Positions 37,766 through 49,533 of a DNA stretch of 64,000 nt are shown piece after piece. Made by a program: the position numbers and the translations under genes. The notes beneath the pieces are model-generated. The model was not told where the DNA came from, made no database searches, and was given only the letters and a program-made list of their open reading frames with translations. The stretch lies in the NCBI GenBank assembly GCA_965113315.1, contig OZ220367.1; one strand, written 5' to 3'. Within the stretch, counting starts at the first letter, position 1; each line of letters opens with the position of its first letter. Origin of the DNA: Podarcis vaucheri. Taxonomy: Eukaryota.

Positions 37766-38446
37766 TACCACCAACCGGAAAAGCCAAAATTACAAGATGA
37801 AAGGAGCGTAACCGTGGCTGCAACCCAGAGGCGAGACCGAGAAGCCACCGCTCTGCCTGCGTTGGGCTCTGGTGCCATCAGCGTGCAAAAAAAGAGATGT
37901 CTCTCTGCTACCAGACACGTGTGGCCTTTGCCTATTGAGGACCCTAATATGGATATGGAACAACTGATTGGTTCAAAATTGGGAAAGGAGTACGACAAGG
38001 CTGTATATTGTCTCCCTGCTTATTTAACTTATATGCAGAATTCATCATGCGAAAGGCTGGGCTGGATGAATCCCTAGCCGGAATTAAGATTGCCGGAAGA
38101 AATATCAACAACCTCAGATATGCAGATGACACAAACTTGATGGCAGAAAGTGAGGAGGAAATAAAGAACCCTGCTTCTTGGGAGGAAAGCGATGGCAAAC
38201 CTAGACAGCATCTTAAAAAGCAGAGACATCACCTTGCCAACAAAGGTCCGTATAGTTAAAGCCATGGTTTTCCCAGTAGTGATGTATGGAAGTGAAAGCT
38301 GGACCATAAAGAAGGCTGATCACCAAAGAATGGATGCTTTTGAATTATGGTGCTGGAGGAGACTCTTGAGAGTCCCATGGACTGCAAGAAGATCAAACCA
38401 ATCCATTCTGAAGGAAATCAGCCCTGAGTGCTCACTGGAAGGACAG

Positions 38447-38589
38447 TTACAGATAGGTAGCTGTGTTGGTCTGCCATAGTAAAAAAAAAAAACACAAACC
38501 AAAAAAAATCCTTCCAGTAGCACCTTAAAGACCAACTAAGTTAGTTCTTGGTATGAGCTTTCGTGTGTATGCACACTTCTTCAGATACC
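38447..38589 (-). mobile_element. 143-bp Penelope-type mini-element inserted in BovB
   Basis: 8-bp TSD AAGGACAG (38439-38446, 38590-38597). The GTAGCTGTGTTGGTCTG...GCACCTTAAAGACCAAC...AGCTTTCGTG...CACTTCTTCAGAT pattern resembles sauropsid Penelope 3' ends. Confidence 0.8.
38550..38589 (-). ncRNA. Minimal type I hammerhead ribozyme
   Basis: Minus strand GGUAU-CUGAAGA-A-GUGUG(CAUA)CACAC-GAAA-GC-UC^AUACC: 5-bp stem I, complete core, 5-bp stem II, palindromic AGCU stem III. Confidence 0.75.
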
Positions 38590-38849
38590 AAGGACAGATC
38601 GTGAAGCTGAGGCTCCAATACCTTGGCCACCTCATGAGAAGAGAAGACTCCCTGGAAAAGACCTTGATGTTGGGAAAGAGTGAGGGCACAAGGAGAAGGG
38701 GACGACAGAGGACGAGATGGTTGGACAGTGTTCTCGAAGCTACCAGCATGAGTCTGACCAAACTGCGGGAGGCAGTGGAAGACAGGAGTGCCTGGCGTGC
38801 TCTGGTCCATGGGGTCACGAAGAGTCGGACACGACTAAACAACAAATGA

Positions 38850-39850
38850 ACGCCTCCCTCCCCTCAACCCGCTTTTGGTCCCTGCGCGCCTGTGGGCAAA
38901 GCAACCGGCCGCCGCGCGCCAAAGCAACTCGCGCGTCACACGCCGCGCGCAGAAGCCGCCGCCGCCGCCTCTTGCAGGCGACGAGCAAATCCAGTCAGCA
39001 GCGCCCAAGCGCGGCCGGGCTCCGGAGCGAAGGGTGGGCGGCGCTGGCGGAGCGAGGAGGCGGGCGGCGGGCGGCGGGGCGGGGCCTGGAGAGGCTGGTC
39101 GCCCCCCTCCCCACCTCGCCTCTGCTGCGCTGAGGGGCCTCCGGCGGCGACTAGCGCAATAGGACGGCGGAGCTCGCCTCGCTGAGGAAGCCGGCGCCAA
39201 AGCTCGACATCTTGGTCGCGACTCAAGTTCGTAGCCGGGGCTCCCGGGGCTCCGGAGCGCTCTCCCTGCCCGGCTCCCTCGCCTCTCGCCTGGGCGGCGC
39301 TTGCCCTTCGCCCCCGTCGCCCGCTGGCGGCTCGCCCCAAGCTGACACACGCCGAGCAGATGTGAGCGAGCCTGGCCAGAGCCCCGCAGCCGCTCCGCAA
39401 CAGCCAGCTCGTTAGCAACAGTGTCCCGCCAGGTCCCAGCGGGAGAAATATGTGGCAGCCGGCAAGCGAGAGACTGCAGGTAAGCGAGGGGAAGCGGCTG
39501 CTGCCGCCGGTGCCGGAGGCGGCGGTTATTAGGACGGGGAAAGTGGGGGGTGGGGTGGGGGGGTGAGACGGGGAGACTCACTCTTCTTGTCATGTGATTG
39601 CAATATTTGTGGCGGAGTGAGTAAGGGGCAGCGAAAACAACAACTTGGCGCCCTCCTCCGCCTGATCCTGCCTGGCAGATCCTTCTCTCGCAACTTTCCT
39701 CCTTCGCCAGGCGCATTCCACAACGGACTGGACGGGGCTGCGATGGGGAATCTTGACTCCAGATGTGCTCCTTTTTGCAAAAAGCGCAGATGACTTGCAG
39801 ATCGTGGATTCTGGCGGCGGCGGGGGGGGGGGGGATCCGTCTCTGGCTCC
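38850..39850 (+). promoter_or_regulatory. PID1: CpG island / PID1 promoter and 5' UTR
   Basis: Abrupt GC- and CpG-rich kilobase with GC boxes (GGGGCGGGG near 39076) surrounding the first coding exon. Confidence 0.9.
39450..39479 (+). CDS. PID1: PID1 first coding exon (10 codons, phase-0 donor)
   Basis: ATG TGG CAG CCG GCA AGC GAG AGA CTG CAG|gtaagc = MWQPASERLQ, compared with mammalian PID1 MWQPATERLQ; lies downstream of DNER as in amniote synteny. Confidence 0.92.
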
Positions 39851-42671
39851 GAAAGGAGCTTCTCTTGAGTGAGATGTGTAGGAAGAATCCTTCCTGACTC
39901 TTTATAAAGAGTCCTCTGCTCCAAATCGTTGAATTCCACTTCTAAAAGGTTTTTTTTTTTTAATAAAGAAACATACTCTGTGTGTGTGTGTGTTTGGCCG
40001 GGGAAACGAGGGACTGACGTTTTGTAGGGCGCGCAAGAATTTTCATTGACATCTGCTTGCAAACGACGAGTGGATGGGATCTGGTTTGGAATATAGAAGA
40101 GTAGACTGTTATTGCTCAACCCGCTCCCTCTCCTCCCACCCCCCGTGTTGGCTGAACGTGGTGCTTTTTTTTGTAGAGGAGTCATTAACAAAAAACGAAT
40201 CGAGGTCCCTAGTGAGTGTGCGTTCGTGCGCGCGCGCGGGAGGGGGGGGAGAGTGGTAGAGCAGGGGTGTTCTTGCTTGCAGGTCTCTCTCTCCTCCTCC
40301 TCTCTCTTGCTCTGTCTTTTTTTCTTTTTCTTTTTCTGCTCTAAAATATTCTCCAGATGGTCAGCCAGAAAGACTGCCAGATAAATTTACAGAATCCCAC
40401 AGACAAACTTTTTGGCAGACCGAAACTGCATTAAATCTCAGAGTAAACTTTGAAGAAATTCTAAAGTGGCAAAACAAAACAGTATTGGAGGCCGAATGGT
40501 TTTGAAGGCATGAGTGGAAGAAAATACACTAATGCAGAATATTTATTTGTAAGGGAAGGGCCAGAGGTTGGCAGGCATGTGTAAGGACCTGTATACTGCA
40601 TGGGAGACACATGCTGGTGTTTTCTTGCTGCAAGTATGATCTGTTTTACAGCGGTGGGTTTGGAGTGTGAGTTTAGAGTACATAATATTGCAGTCTTGAT
40701 GATGCTGAGTTGATACGGGGACAACTTTTGAAAGTTGCTTCTGTGGTTTTACTATGATTCATCCAGCCGTAATATGAGGAGTTATTGACTTCTCCCTGCA
40801 GATATTTGGGAATAAAAGCCTGTTGTATCCCTCTGAAGATCATGCACTGGTAGTTGCAGTAACTCTTTAGTGTGCCCCCCCCCCCGTTGAGTATTATTGC
40901 TCCTGAATGCACAATAATTAAAATCCCATTGAAGCTGTTCAGATGCTGTATGCTTTACTTAAGGTAGTATGTGCGGGTTCCAAAGCACATGTCTCTTGGA
41001 AAGCAAACGGTTCTGGCTTGCTTTCTGCGTTGTGATTTTTCCACACTAGAAATATCAGCTTTTTGTTCAGGGAATATTTGGCTATAATAACATTGGCTTA
41101 ATGTTTTACATTGTCATTTTAGCAGTGTTGTTTTCTAAAATTGGGCTGTTATGTAAATCTGCTGGCAAACTAAAGAAATGAGCAATAGTTCAGCAGACTT
41201 TTATAAAAGAAGTCCATCATCTACCATTATGAAACACCCTCTTAAAATAAGGTTCTTCTGCTCTCCAAGCTGAAGTCCTCAAGCCATTTGTTTGTGCATG
41301 TAATTATCTGGAGTAGATAATAGGTGTAGATCTAGGCCTGGCACCAGGATCTTAAAATGTAAAGATGCCATTATATTTTGCTGAGTTGTAGTACAACTGA
41401 CTATATTTGTGTTGCTCTTCTAGATAGGTGTTATGGTTCAAGCACTCTTAAAAAAATACTGATGTTCCAAAGAATACTGACATGTCAAAGGTATCTAACA
41501 GTTATGATTATTTCCTTTTAAAACGGAAAATTGTACGTGTGACAATTCATGTCCTTGAAACTTCTTAAGGGATCTTGCCTTAAAACTACTTGTGAATTGC
41601 AACTTTGTATTTGCAGAACAAGAGTACAGTATTGGCCTTCCTAGATAGAAGCAAAGTACATTTCTGAATGCTTCAGTAAAACCTGTTGCTTTGAGACACT
41701 TTCATGTTAAGAGAAAAAAAACTTGAGTAAAAGAAAATACTAGTATTTCTTAAGTCCCCCCCCCCCCAAATCAGGCAAACATAGTAGAGTTTTTATGGTG
41801 CAAGTGGTATGTGTGTTTAATTGACTGGGGTCTTGGATTATTGGGATGTGTCATCTTAATCTCCTGCTGAGTACTTTGCATAGTTTCTGAAAATAGATTT
41901 AGAGAGCTACAACTCCCAGAGTTCCAATGAGCCGTAGAAGATATGAGTATGCTCTAATGTCCTCACTACAGAGAGCTGATGCTCCTCTCTCTCCCATGTC
42001 TTTGTAAGAATGCTACAAAAAAAGTTCAGAGATCCCAGCCCATCCACTCCCAGTCAAAGTGAGGGTGTTGTGGCCATTCATCAGCAGAGCAAAGAGCCTC
42101 CAAAGAGAGCTTCAGTACATGAAATGGACTGTTGCTTTAATGCTGTGGGAAAGACTGGGCAACATGGCCAAGGTCTCATTGATCCCTTTCAAAAACACTG
42201 CCTTGCTCAGGACCACATTAACATAATAAGTTTCTTCTTAAGACCTAAGTGTTCAAGGCACATAAACGCATACCATTTCTCTTGGTCAATGAGCTAGGAG
42301 TATTTTAAAAAAAATATCCCCAAAGTTCATTTTTATAGTGCAGGAACACCACAGCTTGATAAACTGGAGAGTGAACATAGGAAGCTGCCCTATTTTCCAC
42401 ATTTTCTTCTCATCCATCTAGTTTAGTATTGTTTACACTTCCTAGGATTTTGGTCTGGGGTGTCTCCCAATCTTCCCCTTCCCTTTCTCTCCCCACTGCA
42501 GACCCTTGCCTACATCCAAGCTTTTCTAGTACAGTAGTCTTCAACTTTTCAAACCTGTAACCAAAACTTGCATTTGTAGACCCAGTTTCATTTTTCATTT
42601 TACCATATGGAATCACATTTTTTGGGGTGGGGTGGCATGCAGTTGAATTGAATTAGGCTATTGGTCTAGGT

Positions 42672-42807
42672 CAGGCATAGGCAAACTCAGGCCTCCAGAT
42701 GTTTTGGGACTACAACTCCCATCATCCCTGACCACTGGTCCTGTTAGCTAGGGATGATGGAAGTTGTAGTCCCAAAACATCTGGAGGCCCGAGTTTGCCT
42801 ATGGTTG
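42672..42807. mobile_element. Palindromic hAT-Charlie-type MITE; older copies near 15940-16047, 21057-21145, 22557-22697, 25788-25890, 42833-42935 and 59735-59850
   Basis: Long inverted arms CATAGGCAAACTC..GCCTCCAGATGTTTTGGGACTACAACT; TSD GTCTAGGT/GTCTACGT. Confidence 0.88.
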
Positions 42808-44449
42808 GTCTACGTGCTGCAGTGTTCTGTAATCTAGCCTTTGCCAACATTAGTGCCTCCAGATGGTTTGAACTGCAACTGCCTGATAGGAGTTGTGATC
42901 CATAATATTTAGAGGGCACCAGTTTGGCAAAGTCTAGCTTAATCTGACTAGCACTGGCCTCCAAGGCAAAGTTCTTCCTAGCTGCTCCTTTAACTGGAGT
43001 AGGCAGAAGTTAAACCTGGAAACTTTAAATATCCTAAGCATGGTTTGCTGAATATTTTACTCAGAGTAAAATATTGAAATTAATGACTCTAACTTAGCCA
43101 TGCTTATTACTTTTAGTGGGTCGGCACTGATAAAACATAGCTGAATGCCTTCCAATTTTTACAAGCCATACACTAACAATAAAAGGAAATAAGAACCGTT
43201 GATCTGGATGAACAGTCAGATTAAAATTGGCTAAATTAAATTGCTTCAAATCTATAGATGCTCTCTCATCTGAAGATGATAAAATATAGAAAAGGATGTT
43301 TTAAGGATTTTTTGTTAACAGAAAAATGGAAAAAGCTTTTTTTTAGAAGGTGAAAATTGTCAAATGCTTCTGCAAACCATACTCATAGTGACTGTATCTA
43401 ATTTAAAGCCTGCTGTTCTGAGTTGGCAGAAGTTTTCCCCCTGCCTTTCACGTACTTCACATTTTAAGATAATAAATATACATGGGAACATGAGACCCAC
43501 AGAAACTAAGGCAAAACAAAGCTTGCTGTGCCCTTTCACTATATCAACTTCATAAAGTTTCTAAAACAAATACCTAGAAAGAAATATCTGAACATATTAA
43601 ACACAGGTATTGGTCTCTGGCAGATATTGTGCCTTGGAGGTTATATTATTTCTGCAGCTGGAACTGAGGGATTGATTTCAAAGAAAAGAGCAGAAAATTT
43701 GGAGACTTGAACTGATGCAGTTTAGCCAAGTCCGATTTGGTCTCTCTGAATTTCAATATTTTCAGTTTACTGATCACCTGTCCTATTTTCAGACACAATT
43801 TCTTCATTCTAATACATGATAGCCTATGGACCCCTGATGCCACTGATGTAAAGGCAAAGTATACCCAACTGGGGCAGATTGACTTACTATCATCATGTCC
43901 AAAATGTGGGTTGGAGACCAGATTTTCAGAGCAAAGGAGCACATTGTTGTGGGGTGTTCATTTCTACTGTCTGCTGTTTACATCCAAATGCATACCCCGC
44001 CCAGCCAGGCTATGATACTGGAAATAAGTTTGACCAAGACTGTGTATGGGGGGGGGTGTTCTAAAAATTGGACCTCCTACTTCATACGCTCACACTCTAG
44101 GCCTTTGAAGACTTTGCTTCCACCACCAAGTAGAGAACTCTGGAGCCTTAAAGGACCAACCCTCTGTCCTGAGGACAGGAACTTCACCTCCATTCCACAG
44201 TCTTTTTCCTGGTGCATTACCTGCTTCTCTGGACTGTGCAGTGGGCACCATCTGATTCTTGAGACTTGGGAGACTGTGCCTGTGACGGTCGTGAGTTCTG
44301 TCCCTATAGGCCCTGGTGGTCTGAGAGGTTCCACAAGCTATTCCTGTCCCTCAGCCCCTAGTGCAATGGTCTCCCTATCTTGTGCCCTTGCAGCCTCTTT
44401 CAAGGATCATGACATAATTGAACAATGAGAAGGATACAGGACAACAAAC

Positions 44450-44898
44450 TGTTAGAATTCCTGCTCCATGATTGCAGTCATGTGGTTTTTGTCTTTCACA
44501 TGACGGTATATGTTTTGACTCCACAGAGTGGGAAGTGACGGAGACAGGATGTTTGTGTTACTGTGTTCTGTGAAGTGGGACTATTGTCCTTTGTTATTTT
44601 TCTCTTTGCTGTCTGATATTAGAGAGAGAAGGAGCCATGTTGCAGTGCTCCATGTGTGTTTATATGTAAATAAAGTAGATTAGCCAAAATGCTGAGTTGC
44701 TGAGGTCTGTCACGCGCATGCTGTGCAAACTCTGCAGATCCCTAAGTGTGCCGGTGTCAGGTGGCATCGGTCGCTGTGATGTTCAGGCTGAAGAAAGCTT
44801 TTGAAGCTCCCGAAGGAAAGACCAGGAGGGAGAGAACATGCCAGTCAGGCATGTGTCTCTGCCAGGGTCCTATTCGAGTGTAGGCTGAACTCCTGACA
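44450..44898 (+). mobile_element. Solo LTR (449 bp)
   Basis: TGTTAGAA ... TCCTGACA termini, 5-bp TSD CAAAC (44445-44449, 44899-44903), internal AATAAA near 44669. Confidence 0.85.
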
Positions 44899-47149
44899 CA
44901 AACCATCTTTGCAAATTATTTATAGAACTAGTTGAGATATGCATATCCATCACTTTAAACACTCGCATTTGTGAAAAGCTCTTCATGGATGACCTCAGAC
45001 AGTGACCAGTGCCAACTCAGCTGCAATATTTTTCTCTGGATTCAGTTCTCACATTCAGCTGTCAGTCATTGTAGTGGAAAAAGCAAAGTGCCGCTTCAGT
45101 TTCACTACTGCTTGGGATGCCATAATGTCTGGACAACAGTTCTAGAAACATCATAATATCCAGGGTCCATCTACACCGAACTTTGTAGTGTTGCCAGGGC
45201 ACGAACCACATGGTGGCTCTGTCATTGAAAACTGAGGTATTCTGATGAGCCACAGCTTCATTTCTAACTTTGCAGCCAGCTGTGATACTGGCAGCTAGCC
45301 AGTTCCTAGTCCCAGAAGGAGTGATTGTGTTTGCAGTGCTTTGCTACAATGGTAGTGTTAAAATGGACATAAGTGCTGTAGCCTTCATTGGAACATAGTA
45401 AATATTGCATTAGAACAAATTAGTTGATGGTATATGTGTTTGTATCTTTTTAAAAATCTGGCACTTGGTTTGGAATGAGAAAATATTTTACTAGAGCAAA
45501 ACAGGTGATGAAAACAATGTACAGAACAGTGTAGTAATTGTAGTATAAAATTATAGTTGCTGGAACAGTTATAGCTCAGAGAATGGGCTTCCCATAACCA
45601 GGATGGAAGCAGTGAATTTTGAAAAATAATAACAATTCAGCCCTTGCTGACTGATATAGGGGGCTTCAAATGCTTGTCTGGAATGGCAGGGACTTTTTAT
45701 TTTTGAGAAAAATAATAAAGATATTATAATTGATACCACTGCTTGAGAGTTTGCCATATTCTTGCATTAAGTTTAGACTTATTTGGATCTTGAGTGCCTA
45801 AAATGAAGTTTTTGATAACTTGGATGATTTTGTATTTGTGCATGGATGTTAAAGGTGAGGGTTTCCTTTCTCTAAGCTTGTATTTTCATCTCTCTTTTAT
45901 TAATCTGTTAAAAGAAATAAACAATGTGCAGATGCCTGTTAGAGGTTATCGTGTTAATATTGGTAGTATGAAGGAATACCCATTGATGGGATACAGAGAC
46001 ACATGCAGAAACATCCTTACTTAGAAAATACCAGTAGCTTTGCATTTAATCTTGAACTTTCGCATGTGTGAATTAGCTAACTATGGCAGTGTATGGATTG
46101 AAGTACATTATATATTTATGGTGTGATGTCAACAGAGTAAGACAAAAGATGAAATTGAACATGTCTGCCTCTCACCCTTAATTAGATCTTAAGTCCCACA
46201 CAGTTTTTCTCTCTCTTAAGGTTGCATTTGTTCTTAATTGAGATGATGTGAAGAGTGGAGGAATGTTTTGAGGAAAAACCTTTTTCTTTCTTGTGGCTCA
46301 AACATACAACTTGGAATGGGGGTGTGTGCAGTGGATTGAATAATCTTACAAAAAAGATGTTTCAGAATTTTACAGGATTCTTATTGATTTTGTTCTCAAA
46401 ACATGAGTTTTTAAATGTATAGCCCTGTCTGTGTCAAAGGCCTTAGACAGATAGTATCTCACTGCTCTGGAGGTTGCATGTAATAAGACTAGTTACTCTA
46501 AATGTTAGGTTGGTTTTCATGGCTTTTGAAACAGATGGCTCCGTGTTCAAAGCTAGCAGATGTTAGAATTGTATCTGTTATTGTGGTGACAGCTTAGTGA
46601 TGAGTTGTTGACATACTAGCAAAAAATACCATTTTTTTAATTGGAGAATTAACTTCATTACCAAGCTATGTTTTCTGTGTCTCTCAGCACTACATTACAT
46701 TTGATGATAAATAAGCAATACTTACTAATCTTCTCAGGTAAAATGGGATTTGTATGATACAATCCTCTATTTACTGCAGAACACCCTAATTGGCTTCAAG
46801 AGGATTATTCCAGAGTTACTTATCGGATCCACCCAGCCATGGCAAAACTGTCATCTGAAATCAATTAACTGCATACTGATCTTCAGATTTTGCTCATCCA
46901 ATGCAAATTCATCAGTATTATTAATGTGAGAAGTCTGTCACAAGCACATATAAAATTCGTTTCTGCCCTTCTCTGGGCACAGGCAATCCACGTTCTTAAC
47001 ATTCATTTTACATGTTTTTATATAGCATCTTAGACAATACCTACAATTTAAAACCATTATATTTAAAGCACATTATAATGAATTAGAATGCAGCCATACA
47101 TTTTAAAGGTGGCAAACCTGTGGTCTCCACATCATTTATTCCTGCATTG

Positions 47150-47336
47150 CAGGGGGTTGTCAACCGGGTCCCTACCGCCCACTAGTGGGCATTTCAGGAT
47201 TCTAGGTGGGCGGTAGGGGGTTCTACGGCACAAGCTGAATCCTCCTTCCATCGAGCACTGGTGGGCGATAAGGAAGTTCTACCATCAAGAAAGATGCATT
47301 AGTGGGTGGTAGGTATAAAAAGGTTGACTACCCCTG
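47150..47336. mobile_element. hAT MITE inside a CR1-type 3' tail
   Basis: CAGGGGGTTGTCAACC ... GGTTGACTACCCCTG; flanks read TTCCTGCATTG / GACTAGATGATCCTC..TCCCTTCCAA. Confidence 0.75.
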
Positions 47337-47669
47337 GACTAGATGATCCTCAGGCTCCCTTCCAAGTCTACAGTTCTGTGATTTACCATCTTTCCCATTA
47401 GACTTGCTTGTTACCATTCAAATGAGAAAGATATGTTTGTATCTAAATTTCCATTTCCAAGCTATCTTCTAAGACCACAAGTAGATCAGACCAACATCTA
47501 TCCAATCCAGCACCCTGTTTTCTACAGTGTCCAATTAGATGCCTAGAGGAAGCTCTCACACAGGACATGAACACAGTAGCTCTCTCCTGCTGTTGTTCCA
47601 CAGCAACTGGCATTCAGAGTCATACTTCCTCTGAACCTGGAGTTACTATGCAATCATCATGCTAGATGG

Positions 47670-48370
47670 TGTTGTTTAATTGTGTAGTCGTGTCCGACTC
47701 GTCGTGACCCCATGGACCAGAGCACGCCAGGCACTTCTGTCTTCCACTGCCTCCTGCAGTTTGGTCAAACTCATGCTGGTAGCTTCGAGAACACTGTCCA
47801 ACCATCTCGTCCTCTGTCGTCCCCTTCTCCTTGTGCCCTCCATCGTTTCCAACATCAGGGTCTTTTCCAGGGAGTCTTCTCTTCTCATGAGGTGGCCAAA
47901 GTATTGCAGCCTCATAAGAGTGTTCTTCTTTTATGCTAAATTTTTTCTTTTGTATTTTTCTTCTTTTTTTTGTTTCTTTGTTTGAATTCTCGATGTTTGT
48001 TGTTTGTTTTTTCTGATTATTGTTGATTTTTGTTGATGTTAACTTTTTGGAAAATGTTAATAAAATATTATTATATATAAAAAAACAAAGTATTGCAGCC
48101 TCAGCTTCAGGATCTGTCCTTCCAGTGAGCACTCAGGGCTGATTTCCTTAAGAATGGATAGGTTTGATCTTCCCGCAATCCATGGGACTCTCAAGAGTCT
48201 CCTCCAGCACCATAATTCAAAAGCATCAATTCTTTGGTGATCAGCCTTCTTTATGGTCCAGCTCTCACTTCCATACATTACTACTGGGAAAACCATAGCT
48301 TTAACTATACGGACCTTTGTTGGCAAGGTGATGTCTTTGCTTTTTAAGATGCTGTCTAGGTTTGTCATAG
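47670..48370 (-). mobile_element. BovB LINE 3' fragment, interrupted
   Basis: Minus-strand ORFs 48057-48374 and 47676-47915 are BovB C-terminal sequence. Confidence 0.95.
47915..48085 (+). mobile_element. L1-type 3' end (T-rich UTR, AATAAA, A-tail) inserted in BovB
   Basis: 18-bp TSD CAAAGTATTGCAGCCTCA (47897-47914, 48086-48103). Confidence 0.8.
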
Positions 48371-48661
48371 TCACTGATAAACTTTATCCAACATGACTTT
48401 GCCATAATTCAAACTTTTAAATTCAACTGAATTCATTCCCATTACCACATTTTGCGGTAGAAAATTTAATAGTTTTAACTTTGCTTCCTTCTTGCTGCCC
48501 TGAATTCCCCACCATTTAGTTTCATTGGAGGACTCTGAATTCTATTACTATGGAAAGGGGGAGAACAGATTCCCTGTATTCACTTTCTCTATACCATGTA
48601 TTATTTTGTATACCCAGGCTCAGTTCTACCATTAGGTAGAAAGAGACAGTCCCCTTGGGGT

Positions 48662-48898
48662 TAGGGTTGCTATAGTCTCAAAAGTGAAAATCCAGACAGA
48701 GTTCTTGAGCTTTTTGGGGGAACACCCCCCCAAAAAAGATTGGAGGCTCTTCTTGGGTTTTGTAAAGGATTTTTAAATAAAAGCAAAACCCCGCCCTACC
48801 CAGACATTTTGCCGATTCAGCAAAAATGAACCCGGACGCCACTTTTGCAGCCTGATTACCGGATGTGTCCAGGAAAACTTGGTCTTACGGCAGCCCTA
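48662..48898. mobile_element. hAT-Blackjack-like MITE nested in another degenerate hAT element (~48615-49137)
   Basis: TAGGGTTGCT ... GGCAGCCCTA termini; TSD degenerate. Confidence 0.65.
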
Positions 48899-49172
48899 CC
48901 TTGCTGTGAGACAAGGAGCAGCAGCAGAATACTGGAGGACAGCACTGTGCGTGCAGTGTGACCTGCCTTTCCCACTCTGAGCCAACTCTTGTCCTCAGGT
49001 GTGTTGGAGGATGCTGTTCAGTAACCAGTGTTGAAGTAAGATTCAAGTACCAGTTCTGTGGAATCCCAAGTGTTGACTTGGAGTAGGGGGAGATTTTGGT
49101 CTTGCTTTAGGTAGCAGCATGTCTTGCGTTGGCCCTATATACCTCTCAGTCACATCACCTTTTTGTCTAAAT

Positions 49173-49533
49173 CAAAGGTGAAGGTACCCCTGACTGTTAG
49201 GTCCAGTCGTGGATGACTCTGGGGTTGCGCGCTCATCTCGCTCTATAGGCCGAGGGAGCCGGCGTTTGTCCGCAGACAGCTTCCGGGTCATGTGGCCAGC
49301 ATGACTAAGCCACTTCTGGCGAACCAGAGCAGTGCACGGAAACACCGTTTACCTTCCCTCCGGAGCGGTACCTATTTATCTACTTGCACTTTGACGTGCT
49401 TTCGAACTGCTAGGTTGGCAGGAGCAGGGAACGAACAACGGGAGCTCACCCCGCCACGGGGATTCAAACCGCCGACCTTCTGATCAGCAAGCCCTAGGCT
49501 CTGTGGTTTAGACCACAGCGCCACCCATGTCCC
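49173..49533 (-). mobile_element. Sauria SINE
   Basis: Full-length antisense copy; 10-bp TSD TTGTCTAAAT (49163-49172, 49535-49544). Confidence 0.93.

Larger units (their letters stand above)
37947..38845 (+). mobile_element. BovB LINE 3' part (RT remnant), internally deleted and interrupted
   Basis: LSPCLFNLYAE...INNLRYADDT, ...DITLPTKVRIVKAMVFPVVMYGSESW and the BovB 3' end with CAA tail; insertion at 38447-38589. Confidence 0.95.

Noticed and set aside
37947-38849. Functional reverse transcriptase gene
   Set aside because: 5'-truncated, internally deleted near 38170, frameshifted and interrupted; a dead BovB fragment.
38717-40191. Long ORFs (293, 220, 160 and 138 aa) over the CpG island
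   Set aside because: Low-complexity Arg/Ala/Pro/Gly translations on several frames reflect stop-codon scarcity in GC-rich DNA; the real coding part is the 30-nt PID1 exon.
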